Both the position numbers and the translations under genes were made by a program. A stretch of DNA of 64,000 bases from Macrostomum lignano (taxonomy: Eukaryota), in the NCBI GenBank assembly GCA_002269645.1, contig NIVC01000180.1, positions 248,001-312,000 of the forward strand. The letters are read 5' to 3'. Positions 1 to 16,856 of the stretch are shown one piece after another. Every line of letters begins with the position of its first letter. Positions within the stretch are counted from its first letter, which is position 1. Below the pieces are notes generated by a model. The model searched no databases, was not told the DNA's origin, and saw nothing but the letters and a program-made list of their open reading frames with translations.

Positions 1-808
1 CGCTGCTGCCTGCCCCTCCCGCCTGTTTCGCGAGTGCGTGTGCATAAAATCCCTCTAGTTTTTGCGTTTCTCTATCCACGAGCTATCTATGAGTGCGTGC
101 CTGCGTACAGCATCCGCATGATGGGCAGAATTGCGTCACCGCTGGTTGTCGCAGAAGGCGTTGCGCCCGCAACCCTTCTGGTAATATTAGATATTATAAT
201 TTATTGGGGAGAACCAGGGGTGTTGATGTATCATGTGGTCTGAACTAAAACTACAAACTCCCAATGTTATTTATTCAACTTCTAAACTGCCTGTCCTGGT
301 CCTTGGACCAAGTGCAAGTTTTTACAGTGTGATTTCTTTTACTTAGTAGACACCCAACTAATATGGGCGAACATTGAAAGTCTAAAGAAGCACCACTAAA
401 AAGGCAAATTTCTTATTACCACATTACATCAGCCTATCAAAGGGGCTTATTTATAAAGGGGACACTACTAGCTAATGTCACAGACATCAACCTTCAAGAT
501 GGTCTAAGAGCAAAAAGTGTTGGAGCTTCTCGACTAAAAGACCGGCTTGAATGAGCAGTTCAGGGACAATTAAAAGTGTTTCAGAGTGTTCTAGTTGTCC
601 CTGGAGCAGTTTCTGCAACCGCCAGCGTGAAGACGTCCGTCTATGGTAAAATTCCGTCGCATTTTATAATTAACTCTTGGTAAACAAGCGCTCTCTTTAG
701 TTCTCTAGTTCCTCCCGGCAAATCTTAGCTCAGGAGGCAACTCACTCAGAGGTGGGGAATTGAGGAAATCCACAAAGCAACGCCTCATCAACAACTCCAC
801 GTCCGAAG

Positions 809-2692
809 ATGCACGCCATCGGAAAGCTGCAGAAGCCGAAAGTTTACCGCCTCCAGGTTGATGGCTTCGGAGCCTCATCGGGTGAATACACCTACAGCTC
901 CATCAGGCCGTACTTCCCCGCCAACCACCCCAACACCATGTGGATCATCAACAGGGTCCGGGCGGACGACCCAACGCCTCTGGTGAACATTCTAAAGGCC
1001 AGGAAACGCATGAACATTTTCTTTAAGTACATGTACTTTCAAATCCTGGACAGGCCATCGCTTTACAATCCGAAAGCGCCGATGGACAAGCCGATGTTTA
1101 GCGAAAAGGCCTACCTGTTTCTCAACATATTCGCTGTGGCGCTGTACTTCAAGTGCGAGTCCATCGCGCAGGTGCTGGCGCCGATCCGGGTCGGCAAGCT
1201 GGACAATCAGTTCAGTTACGAGGCTCTGAGCGAAGTCTCCATCCCGCAGTACGCCAGCTACGTGCACGACCACTCATTCGGCGACCTGATGACCTTCAGC
1301 ATCCCCGTGGTGATGATGCGCAGGGAGGCCTACTTTGCCATTCCATTGCTGTTTAAGTTCGGCTCCTGGGCGCCCCGCAACCAGTTCACAATATCTTACT
1401 ACCGCAGACACTACAACTGCACTAAAAAGTTCAACGACTGGCTTGAGTACGCCTGGCAGCTGCTCACCGAGCGGCCCTACACCAAGATCTCTATGATGGT
1501 GTACATGCTCAACAAATCTGCGCATCAGAATTTCTACCTCGGGGACAAGGTGTTCTTCCAGCCCATTAACTGTCGCTATTACAACGCGCCCTGGGTGTCG
1601 CCGTCGCAGGACGAGCGGGCGATGATCGTGTTCAGGTCCTACCCGAGGCGCCTGCTCTGCAAGCTGTTTCTGTGCAAGGACCCGCTACGAATCCTGCCCC
1701 AGGTGGTGCCCTTCGTGCGCATGTTCCAATCTAATCGCTACTTTGTCGCTCAGACCACCCGAGCCATGAACCCGGAGTTCCGCGCCGTCATTCACAGCAG
1801 TCTGGAGGAGCGCTTTCTCAACATCTCGCCAATCTGCAACTCGAACGAGCTGAACTCTTCTGACTATGTGGAGCAGAACTCGCACAAGACTTCCATCTAC
1901 GATTATGACAACATCATCGCCTTGCTCTTGTACTTTCTCGTGAAAGCCACCGATAGAAATGTCCAGTCCCTGCAGCACAGCATTGTCCAGCTTGTCATGG
2001 ACATCCTCGTGGACACGAACTTGGTTTACATATTCTCCAAGGAGCCGGCAGTCAACCTGTCGTACTACATGTCCATGCTCATCGACGGCCCGTTCATCCA
2101 GCCCATCGACCTGCAGGTCATGCTGCGGTCAATACCGAACTACCTAGTTGGCGTCCACGACATGGACAAGTGCTTCCCGCCCTACCTGCACACATCGGGC
2201 AGCAAGTACGACAGGCAGCAGCAGTTTGCACAGAACCTGTTCAAGACTAAACTGCCCGGCCTGTGGGAGAGCGGCGCGGTCGAACAGGCCATCCAGCTGA
2301 TGCTGAAATACCGCATCGACATTGACGACACCGTGGGAGTGACCACGCTGGAGTACTGCGACTGGAAGAACGAGTACCTGACGGCCAGGCTGAAGCTCAG
2401 CCTGCAGACGATGAACCAAGAGCAGCAGACGATTCCGGCTGAGCGGGTCGACCAGCGAATGACCGCCGACGATGAGGGCGGCCACCACGGCGTCGCCCTG
2501 GGCTGGCGCGCCTACCCGCCGTTCTTCTTCCGCGACGCCAAGGAGTTCATGGTAAAGCGGCAGCGGGACGCCAGCGTCAAGAAGAAGAAGCTGCGCCGGA
2601 ATTACATCGACCTGTGGACCATGGACGAGCTGGAGGTGAAACGGCCCGGCCAGGCGAACCGCAGGCAGTCTGTTTACACTCATTCCAAGTAG
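809..2692 (+). CDS. Intronless 627-aa protein of unknown function (possibly lineage-specific; weak ankyrin-like motifs; basic C-terminal NLS-like KKKKLRR)
   Basis: Long uninterrupted ORF with strong C/G-ending codon bias like the other genes here. ATG at 809, TAG at 2692, AATAAA near 2933. No family recognised with confidence. Confidence 0.8.
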   Translation: MHAIGKLQKPKVYRLQVDGFGASSGEYTYSSIRPYFPANHPNTMWIINRVRADDPTPLVNILKARKRMNIFFKYMYFQILDRPSLYNPKAPMDKPMFSEKAYLFLNIFAVALYFKCESIAQVLAPIRVGKLDNQFSYEALSEVSIPQYASYVHDHSFGDLMTFSIPVVMMRREAYFAIPLLFKFGSWAPRNQFTISYYRRHYNCTKKFNDWLEYAWQLLTERPYTKISMMVYMLNKSAHQNFYLGDKVFFQPINCRYYNAPWVSPSQDERAMIVFRSYPRRLLCKLFLCKDPLRILPQVVPFVRMFQSNRYFVAQTTRAMNPEFRAVIHSSLEERFLNISPICNSNELNSSDYVEQNSHKTSIYDYDNIIALLLYFLVKATDRNVQSLQHSIVQLVMDILVDTNLVYIFSKEPAVNLSYYMSMLIDGPFIQPIDLQVMLRSIPNYLVGVHDMDKCFPPYLHTSGSKYDRQQQFAQNLFKTKLPGLWESGAVEQAIQLMLKYRIDIDDTVGVTTLEYCDWKNEYLTARLKLSLQTMNQEQQTIPAERVDQRMTADDEGGHHGVALGWRAYPPFFFRDAKEFMVKRQRDASVKKKKLRRNYIDLWTMDELEVKRPGQANRRQSVYTHSK

Positions 2693-4053
2693 CTGCCACT
2701 TTGCTGCTCCAAGCAGCTCTTCTTCTAGGGAGATAGGAAGCGCAACTTTCTTGTTGAGGCAACTCGCTGTTCCCCCGCGTTTTTGGCAGAAAAGGAAAGT
2801 TCTGCATTTGATTGATTGCTTCTGCTATACTTAGTTTTCTTATTAAGTTTTCCACAGAAACTCAAGTGATGTACATAATGCTAAAAAAGGCTTCTAGTGC
2901 ATCAGCTTTTGTACCTAGCGAATTGCTTATTTAATAAATAAATGCTGAAGTGAGGCGGTGTTAAGGTGAGTTTTTAACGCTACTTTTTATCAGGACAAGA
3001 AGTAACTGCTGCAAGAAACGTTTTCTGCTTTTCTGTTATTTCTCGACAATGGCATCTCCTCCGCGCCAGAAGGAACTTTAATGATAAAATTAGCGTATAT
3101 TGTACTGCATTGTGCATATTGAAAAGTTTGCGTTTAAATTGTGCTCAAACACGATAAAACAAATTATAAATCGCAGTTTCTGTCGGAGGTAGCAGATTTA
3201 ATGCTGGAAGGGAGAATTGACTTCATGTTGTTAGAAGCAAATTTGAATCAGCTGTAACTGATGGGATGTGCCCGATGCGCTCTATGTACAATGCACTGCC
3301 CTGGCTAAAGAGCTAATGAGGTAGTTAAAACGGTACAAAAACTAAAAATACTACTCAGAGTAAAGTAATTCGAGTTCTGCATGAGAGCACTGCGAGTCAG
3401 TGAAGACCGCATGAATAATTCTGAATATGAAAATGTCTCAAACTCAACTGGGGGGGGGACTGAAAACGAATTACAAAAGCAAAAAGAGCAGCCATTTGCA
3501 TTTTCAAATCCAGTTAAAAAAGCTTTTTAATTCGAATGAGTTTGATGAAGAAATGAAATTGATTGATCAGGTAAGGCTGCAGGTGTTAATAAAAATCATT
3601 CCAAAAATTAATTAACGCAGAAGCTGAGACTTAGCTGGTCTTTGATCTGAGAGAAAGAGGTCTTTGTTCGATACGGTTAAAAAAATTATTGATTTCAAAC
3701 GAAACAGGTAGCAACTAAAATTGTTGTTAAACGAAAATAATTTAATTAAGCTGATCTTATGCTATAGTAAATCAGACACTATCGTTGCTATGGCTGTCAA
3801 CTTTTTAACAAGGGTTCACAAATCACTACAGGACTAAGCTAAGAGTACTTACAGGTTTGCACAGCACATGCAGTGAGTGAATCGAGACAATGCATAAGCT
3901 CATTGGAAATATGTAGAAGTACACGATAAACTTTACAAGTATAATAAATAAAATACAGTTTGCTTTTTTCAGGTCCATGACAAATTGGATATTTAAGTGG
4001 AGTATTTCTATAGAGTATTTCTATAACAAATTCATACTTATTGCCTGCTCTAA

Positions 4054-4140
4054 GCATGAGCCTGAGCCTGAGCCTGAGCTTCAGCCTGCTGAGCCTGAGC
4101 CTGAGCCTGATCCTGAGCCTGAGCCTGAGCCTGAGCTCCA
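4054..4140 (+). repeat. (CCTGAG)n hexamer microsatellite, downstream of the Bcl-2 stop (probable 3' UTR)
   Basis: Tandem gagcct units seen directly; explains the EPEP/LSLS/RLRL ORFs. Confidence 0.9.
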
Positions 4141-4261
4141 AGCAAAGTACGAGAATAAGCCCTATAAATGTCCAAGTTAATCCTCCTCTTATACTAGAAA
4201 CAGTGCAGTCTCTTGCTCGGATTGCTGATGTACAAATCTACCTAACCCCAGTGTCAGTTAA

Positions 4262-9029
<4,768 letters not shown>

Positions 9030-9629
9030 GCTGGCTGGCACGGACTCGCTGAGCTGCTTCGGAGACTCCGGCAGAGCAACTGCTGGCTGCGGGCGGCTCC
9101 TCCGTCCTTGGCCGGCTGGCGCGAGATTTTCTTCTCGCGGGCTCCGCGGCGCGGGGGCGGCGGAGATTTTCGCCCCCGGAGCCGGCCAGTGAAGAGCGGG
9201 GAAAACGGGGGTGGGGAAGAAAATCTCCAAGCAAAGGGGATAGAATTTATGGGGGATTTGGAGGGGAGGGGCACAGTACATGTCGATCGTGTGGAGGGGG
9301 GAGCTGCCGGACCCCCGATCCCAGAATTTCCCCGTCCCCCTGTCTGAGCGGCTTTCGCAAGGCCGCGATGGGATCAGAGAGGGATTGAGGGGTTGGGAAC
9401 TTTTTCTGCCAAAAGTTCCTTCTTTCCTGGCTTAGGCCTCTCTATCATCGATTGAGGAGTGGCGATCTATAGGCTCGGGTCTCATGAGTTTGGCAAGATT
9501 TGCGTTTGCATTCTGTTTCACTGGATCAACCAGCCATTCATTGTGATGACAAATTATTAATGCAATATTTTGAAGCCAGATTTCCAATTATTTCGCTCAC
9601 TTTGCATTCTTTTAAAAGAATGGAAATTA

Positions 9630-9830
9630 CCGTAGGAATCACGACTGAAAGGTCGGGGGTTCGATTCTCGACCCAGTCGTAAAAAATTGCGTCTTTGAGC
9701 GAGACACTTAACTCTGCATTGCTTCAGTTCACCCAGCTGTAAAATGGGTGCCAGCATTAGCTGGGGTAATTGAGGGTGAGTGTGGCGACCCCCTAAGTCC
9801 TGGGACTAAACAGCCGTACGCAGCCTTCAG
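9630..9830 (+). mobile_element. tRNA-derived CORE-type SINE copy (5' partly degraded)
   Basis: B-box-like ggttcgattc (9658-9667) followed by tctttgagcgagacacttaactct...cagttcacccagctgtaaaatggg, which resembles the MIR/CORE central domain. A second, inverted copy lies at 29716-29857. Confidence 0.7.
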
Positions 9831-10104
9831 ATGCGCCGAGCAACGACTCTAGTGGATTTATTATTCATCTTCTGCCTGACAGACTCTCGGCAACTTCGAG
9901 ATCGGCAATTCTTGAAGAATAGTTCTCAGAGCTCTCGTACTATTGTTAATGCCACTAATTTGAGGCAGAATTTTGTCCTGAGTCTCTGGCAGTTCGCAAA
10001 AACTGTCCACAACTGTCGTTATTGAAAATGTGCTGCATGCTTTACTAATAGTGGGCGGTCTGCGAAAATCCTGAATAAAAAGAAAATCTCTATGGAAATC
10101 GGCG

Positions 10105-10545
10105 ATGGAGTGAGGGTCAATTAGCACATATTGATGTTAGAGTGATTCACATCATGGAGTGAGGGTCAATTAGCACATATTGATGTTAGAGTGATTCACA
10201 TCATGGAGTGAGGGTCAATTAGCACATATTGATGTTAGAGTGATTCACATCATGGAGTGAGGGTCAATTAGCACATATTGATGTTAGAGTGATTCACATC
10301 ATGGAGTGAGGGTCAATTAGCACATATTGATGTTAGAGTGATTCACATCATGGAGTGAGGGTCAATTAGCACATATTGATGTTAGAGTGATTCACATCAT
10401 GGAGTGAGGGTCAATTAGCACATATTGATGTTAGAGTGATTCACATCATGGAGTGAGGGTCAATTAGCACATATTGATGTTAGAGTGATTCACATCATGG
10501 AGTGTGGGTCAATTAGCACATATTGATGTTAGAGTGATTCACATC
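10105..10545. repeat. 49-bp tandem repeat, 9 near-identical copies
   Basis: Unit atggagtgagggtcaattagcacatattgatgttagagtgattcacatc; only the last copy has a substitution; no spacers. Confidence 0.97.
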
Positions 10546-10870
10546 GGCAATGTCGGTGACGTAAGTGCGCGCCTTTCCTCGCCGGTAGGGCGCCTTCAGA
10601 GTCAGCAGCAGCTCCTGCACGGGCTGCAACCGGCGCAACAGGTCGCTTGGTCGGGGCAGGCCGGCGGGTCGATAGGCGGTCAGGGCTTCAGGCAAACCCG
10701 CTGCGACGCCGCAGATCCTCGCGGACGCCGGGAACCAGACCGCCGAGGTACACGAACTGCTGACCTAACAGAAGCTCCGTCGCCTGTTCGTCAGCGCCTC
10801 GGCACCAAATGGAAGCCTCGATGTCGTCCGGCATGCAGAGAACGACGGTCATCTGCATGTTGATCCATCA
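10546..10870 (-). mobile_element. Degenerate, internally deleted non-LTR (RTE-like) reverse transcriptase C-terminal remnant
   Basis: The minus frame reads QQFVYLGGLVPGVREDLRRRSGFA*, resembling the FxYLG...RxxxA thumb region of RTE/L2 RTs. It continues after a frameshift as AGLPRPSDLLRRLQPVQELLLTLKAPYRRG. Confidence 0.55.
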
Positions 10871-11783
10871 GGCCGACACTAGCTGAAACAGAAAGCAGCT
10901 TAGCGCCTAGTTGGAATGAATCTGTCAGTACAGATGAAGTACTTTCTTTTTCGCGTAAATAGTCCTCTGACAAGAGTGCCTTTTGTACTTTTTTACCGAA
11001 TCGCAGCTCAAGTCGTAGCCAATAAAATTCCCACAATGACGTACTGACATACACTTGCCCACGCGGCGGAGAGGAGTTCTACGCGCTTCTGAACTTCGAG
11101 TCAGGCTCGAGCTCTCAGCATTCGGTGTGAACAGTCGTCCCTGCTCACAGATCGGTCTAAAATGCATGCACGATCTCGTTAAAAACTGCTGCAGAACTCG
11201 TACGGCTCTCTTCCCCTTATCCCTTCTTTTTCAGAGCTCTCCAGGGCTCCAGCCCGCGTTTTAAACCGACTGCCTGCGTCCGCTCACTCCTCAAACTTGT
11301 TCAAATAATTGCTTTTTACCAACCAATGGGAAGCGGGAAAAGCGGCAGGGGAGGGTGCAGTGAGGGAGAGGTGCAGGTCGCTGGCCATGCGCTGTGAGCA
11401 CGTGAACCTGTTGTTGAATACAGCGGTCGATTGAGCACTTGGATTTCTTTCCCATATCTGCCCTTATCTAGTGGGCTTGTGCGCTGTTTTGCGAAACGTT
11501 TGGCGTACAAAACTCATCTTTATAAATTAATGACTTCCAGTGCGAGTTTTTACTCATAATAAATCAACTGCTGCGTTGGTAGAATGTGACTCAAGTGAGC
11601 GATGGATGCTGCATCACACTGATAGTGAGATAAATGCTGCTTCATTCGGATGAAGGTGAGAGAGTATGAGTCATGCATTTATTGCAAATCACTTGTCACA
11701 CCAAAACTTTTGCAAAATTCGTGTCCCTAGGACCCAAACTGGGCGGGCCTCTGACACAAATGGGCGCTCTTACTGGGCTTTTC

Positions 11784-12078
11784 GACACCCAGTCTGACAC
11801 CCCTGACACACAATCTGGCACCTCTGACACACAATCTGGCACCTCTGACACACAATCTGGCATCCCTGACACACAATCTGGCATCTCTGACACACAATCT
11901 GGCATCCCTGACACACAATCTGGCATCTCTGACACACAATCTGGCATCCCTGACACACAATCTGGCACCTCTGACACACAATCTGGCATCCCTGACACAC
12001 AATCTAGTACCCCTGACACACAATCTGGCATCCCTGACACACAAGCTGGCATCCCTGACACACAATCTGGCACCCCGG
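11784..12078. repeat. 21-bp minisatellite (ctgacacacaatctggcaccc) upstream of the innexin; same family as 19325-20065
   Basis: About 13 tandem copies seen directly. Confidence 0.95.
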
Positions 12079-12274
12079 ACCTCATTTGTGCTTGCACCAA
12101 ATGCTTCAGTGAGGCCTTCAATGAGGCGCTATTTGCCCCCTGGCGCACTGGCCATCCCGATTCGAATACTCGATCGTACGCATGCACTAAAATGAGTTGC
12201 TGAATGCAATGATTTGTCAAACACCGACCCAACCGCATCCTAAAAATATTGCAGAATTGCTTTAACCAGCCGCA

Positions 12275-13508
12275 ATGATTCTTCAAGACTTCTTCACCTA
12301 CATGCGGCAGGCGGAGGTGCTCAGCCACGTTGGCTTGGACGACTTTGCCGACAAGCTGAGCTTCATCTACTCTGGTGAGTCGGCTTTGACCCCTGAGCAC
12401 ACGCAGTTTCACACAGGACTCAAGTACAGATGGATATTCGCAGGAAGGTTGCGTGCACCCTGGCGCTACGCCTTTGGCGACACCGTGGCACAAGCAGCAG
12501 CGAGGCAATCCTGGACATTTATTGCATTTAGAGCGCGGGATATTGCATTCACACACACGCTCACACGGGTTGTACAGCAGCCCTGACTCTCCCATCGTCA
12601 GGAATGTACACACTTAGTAGTTCTCAAGGTCGTAAATCGCTCGACAAGACACATTTACCGCTGACTCAGCCACAAGCATAGAACTCGAACTCGCATTGCA
12701 GTCTGGTTCCTGCTGGTCTGCAGCAGCCTCGCCACTGCCAAGAACTACTTCGCCAGCCCGATAGTCTGCTACCTGCCCTCCATCGTGGGCTCGCACGAAG
12801 GCCAAAGCAGCTACGTGAACAGCATCTGCTACTCGGAGGGCACCTACAATGTGCCCCCCGCCGAGTTCCTCATCGACTCCTCCGACCCGGACTGGGACCA
12901 ACCGTACCGCAGCCGCAAGATTTTCTACTACCAGTGGCTTCCGCTGGTGCTCGGCCTGCAGGGCGCGCTGCTGTACAGCCCGCGCATCGTCTGGCAGGTC
13001 GCCGTGGCCCGCTGCGGCGCCGGCGTCAACCTGCTGCAGCTGGTGCGCTCGGCTCGCGAGGCCGCCGCCGAGCCGCTGGCAACGAAAGTGCCGGACGGCC
13101 GGCGAGAGAAACTTCTGAGCAGCTGCGTGAGTCAGGCGGACCTCTGGCTGGACTGCTGGGCGGCCTGCAGGTCCCGCCTGGCCGCTGCCTACCTGGCCGT
13201 CAAGTGCCTCTACGCTGGCAACGCCGTCTGCCAGCTGCTGCTGATGGCCAGCCTGCTGCAGCTCGGCTCCTCCAACTCCAAGACCGGCCTGGCGGCCCTG
13301 CCGGTGCAGGCGGCGAGTTTCGGCGCCTCCTTGCTGGCTGATCTGGCAGCGGGTGAGAGGAGAGGGGGGAGAGGAGCTTCTCTGGGGTCTCTGAGCAAGG
13401 CTTTTCTTTGGCTTTGCTCCCCTTGTTTCAGCGCGTTATTATCAATTTCTCAGAATAGTCGCTAGCAAAGCACTGGAACGATGGACCCATCCCCGTCTGT
13501 ATGTATCT

Positions 13509-13543
<35 letters not shown>

Positions 13544-16534
13544 TAGTAGTAAGTGCTGCAATTTTGCTTAAACTTCACTAGTTTGTAATGTTCAGTTGTG
13601 CTTTTTCAAAATGAATATCAATAGACTTGTAAAACCGCCACAGATACTGGCTTTAAGTGATACTTGGATGTCTATACGGCAGAGAAGCAAAGTCACGGGT
13701 AGCCAGAGGCGAGGGGGCAAGGGGGCACCCGCACAATAGGCTGACAAAGAACTACGGCACCTGATTAGGCGCACCCTTCAAAATTGTTGTGACGCCCCCA
13801 ACAATGGCGCTTCTAAGACAACCTTGGGATAAGCAACAGCTGACCACTGAGCTATAACACACTAATAGTCCGGCTTCTCCCCCCCACCGCAGGCAGGGAC
13901 TGGCGAGCCACCGGGCTGTTCCCCAGGAGCGGCTGTTGCGCCGTGCTCACCCGGCAGTCCTCCGGTGCCCAGCATCAGTTCGCCCAGTGCGCCCTGCCGG
14001 TGAACATGCTTCACGAGAAGCTGTTCATATTCCTGTGGTTTTGGTTCACCTTCCTGCTGGCGATGTCGCTCATCAGCCTGGCAGTCTGGGTGGCTTGGCT
14101 CCTGCCAGTCTGTCCGGTGAAGCGAAGCGTGAAGCGGATGATCTTCCTGAGCGGCGCTCCGTGCGCCAATCCGGCAGAGAGGCGAGTCATCAGGTAGGAG
14201 GCGAGTTTGCATGGGATGCAGATTTTGTGAGGTTTGATTCTGAAGGAAAGCAACGCTGTTCTCTCCTGAGTGGGTCTTCTTGAGTGCAAAGTGGGTCTTC
14301 GTGAGTGCCAAGTGGATCTTCTTGAGTGCAGAGTGGGTCTTCTTGAGTGCCAAGTGGGTCTTCTTGAGTGCAAAGTGGGTCTTCTTGAGTGCAGAGTGGG
14401 TCTTCTTGAGTGCCAAGTGGGTCTTCTTGAGTGCAAAGTGGGTCTTCTTGAGTGCAAAGTGGGTCTTCCTAAGTGCAAAGTGGGTCTTCTTGAATGCAAA
14501 GTGGATCTTCTTGAGTGCAAAGTGGGTCTTCTTGAGTGCAAAGTGGGTCTTCTTGAGTGCAAAGTGGGTCTTCTTGAGTGCAAAGTGGGTCTTCTTGAGT
14601 GCAAAGTGGATCTTCTTGAGTGCAAAGTGGGTCTTCTTGAGTGCAAAGTGGGTCTTCTTGAGTGCAAAGTGGATCTTCTTGAGTGCAAAGTGGGTCTTCT
14701 TGAGTGCAGAGTGGGTCTTCTTGAGTGCAAAGTGGGTCTTCTTGAGTGCAAAGTGGGTCTCCCTGAGTGCAAAGTGGTTCTTCTTGAGTGCAACGTGGGT
14801 CTTCCTGGGTTTCAAAGTACATCTTGGCTTTTCAAGGTGCAACGCGGTCCAACCAGTGTGAAAAGTTGTTGTGGGATTTTCAGTGTCTAAACTGAGCCTT
14901 GTTACAATGTAAAAATAGTCTTTTATGATGGCAAAAGGCCTCTGACGGCTCCATAATTGTGTGCTCTGTCTGATAAAGATGCGCCTTCCGAATGCTAGGA
15001 TGCAATAGACACGGAAAGCTGATCTAGGAGCTTGAGCACTTACCTTTCACGAACGTCAAACCTGGCAATTCGCAAAGTATAATGATACTTTATACGAGTA
15101 CTTCAAGTATGCACACCACCCGATCATTGGAAGTCAGGGCAGATGGACGCTTTGCGCGAAACCGTGTCTGCCTACGGATCCGTGAGAGCGAGTGACGTGT
15201 GAATGGGCAGTCTTAACTGGCTCTGGATCCACTGCTGCCAGCAGTTGCACAAATAACCCCTCACTGCTTAACATCGCAGGTCATTCGCCCAAGACTACCT
15301 TCGGCATGACGGCGCATTACTCATCAGCATGCTGTCAATCAACTGCGGCAACTCCGTCGCTAGCGACATCTGCTGCGGCCTCTACCGGAAATTCCGGTCG
15401 CGACACGAGCCCGAAGGCTCGGTGACCGGCGCCATCACGAGCAGCGCCGCCTCCTCGGCGCGGTCCCTGAGCCAGGAGGAATCCGCCCAGCCCGCACCCG
15501 TTCACAAGAGGCCCCGAAAGATTGGCTTCAAGTTCAAACGAGTGAAGTGGGCGAAATTGCCCGACAGACCGGGAGACGACCTCGAGGATGACGAGGAGAG
15601 TCAGCGAGACGATAGGCGCAGGCTATTCAAGGACGTCAGCGCTGATCATTTCTGCGACTGTGAGGCCCAGCTGGACTGCGATGCCTCCGCCGATGCACCT
15701 GCGGCAAGAACGCTGGCTGCCGCGGTCGCAATTGTAAACGAGGCCCAGGACAGCAGAGACCGGGCCGACTCGGCGGCCGAGGCTGCCAACGCTGCCGACG
15801 ATGACGGATTTGCTGGCGAGGCCAGGAGTGGAAGCTCCGGCTACTGCCACATCGGCGAGGACGACGGCGACGGTCCAGCTGACGAAGACGATGAGGACGA
15901 TGATGACGGAGGCGGCGAAGGTGGCGATGATGCAACGGTTCTCCACCGTCAAGAGGTGCCAAGCGGGCGGCCTTCCGGCCGGCAAAGAGAGAACCGGGGG
16001 GGGGGGGAGAGGCCCTCGATCATAGTGTAAAAACTATGTTTCGGGGGCAAACCTTCCCCTATCAGAGTGGCTCTGGACCGACCACCCAGAGCACCTCCCT
16101 AAACAATATCAAGGTCAAAAACCCGATGGGAACGAGAGTAACCATTCGGGTAATCCACGCCTACCGGCGACAAAAGGATAACAAGACAAGAAGGTGGCGA
16201 TGATGACGACGAGGGCGACGACGAGGAGGAAGACGTCAGCGAGAGTGACGGCGGCGGCGAGGAGAGCCTCGTCGATGAAGCCGATCAGGAGGAGAGCGAG
16301 GATGTCGAGAAAGAAGCTGAAGAGGGCAGCGAGAGCGAAGAGGCTGCTGAAGGCAGCGACGGGGTCGACAGCGCCGATGGCAGCGAGGATGTCGGCGAGA
16401 CGGGCAGCAGCGCCAACGGCTCCGACAGCGACGGAGACAGTCGAGAAGAACGGGAGGCAGACGGCGGTGGAGGGGACAACCCTGCGGGTGTTGCAGAAGC
16501 GGCCAGCGATATGGAGAGCCTGGCGTCGGTGTGA
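12275..16534 (+). CDS. inx: Innexin (gap-junction protein): join(12275..12374, 12702..13352, 13893..14193, 15280..). As assembled it stops at 16030; with the exonic insertion removed it continues to TGA at 16534
   Basis: DDFADKLS N-terminus, PIVC / NSICY extracellular cysteines, YYQW motif, YLAVKCLY, DWxxTGLFPRxxxC, QCALPVNMLHEKLFIFLWFW, YLRHDG. All three GT-AG introns join in phase (1,1,2). Confidence 0.95.
14270..14812. repeat. 21-bp minisatellite (gtgggtcttcttgagtgcaaa) in innexin intron 3
   Basis: About 25 tandem copies. Confidence 0.95.
15933..16189 (+). mobile_element. 257-bp retroposed insertion (5'-truncated LINE 3' end or SINE) inside the last innexin exon
   Basis: Perfect 16-bp direct repeat gaaggtggcgatgatg at 15917-15932 and 16190-16205. 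The 3' end has a hairpin (cccgatgg/ccattcggg) and an acaag-repeat tail. The reading frame is restored when the insertion plus one TSD copy is removed. Confidence 0.88.
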
Positions 16535-16582
16535 TGACAAAGTCTGCCGTCTGTCACCCACTTTGAAAACTCATTTTGAATG

Positions 16583-16856
16583 ATGGCGCCCAATCTGATT
16601 TAGTAGCGCCCAATCTGATACAGTGGCGCCCAATCGGATACAGTGGCGCCCAATCGGATACAGTGGCGCCCCATCTGATACAGTGGCGCCCAATCTGATT
16701 CAGTAGCGCCCAATCTGATACAGTGGCGCCCAATCTGATTCAGTAGCGCCCCATCTGATACAGTGGCGCCCAATCTGATTCAGTAGCGCCCAATCTGATA
16801 CAGTGGCGCCCAATCTGATTCAGTGGTGCCCAATCTGATCCAGTGGCGCCCAATCT
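16583..16856. repeat. 20-bp minisatellite (tggcgcccaatctgatacag) just downstream of the ancestral innexin stop
   Basis: About 13 copies seen directly. Confidence 0.93.

Noticed and set aside
10105-10545. CRISPR-like array
   Set aside because: Units are head-to-tail with no unique spacers, there are no cas genes, and the context is eukaryotic.
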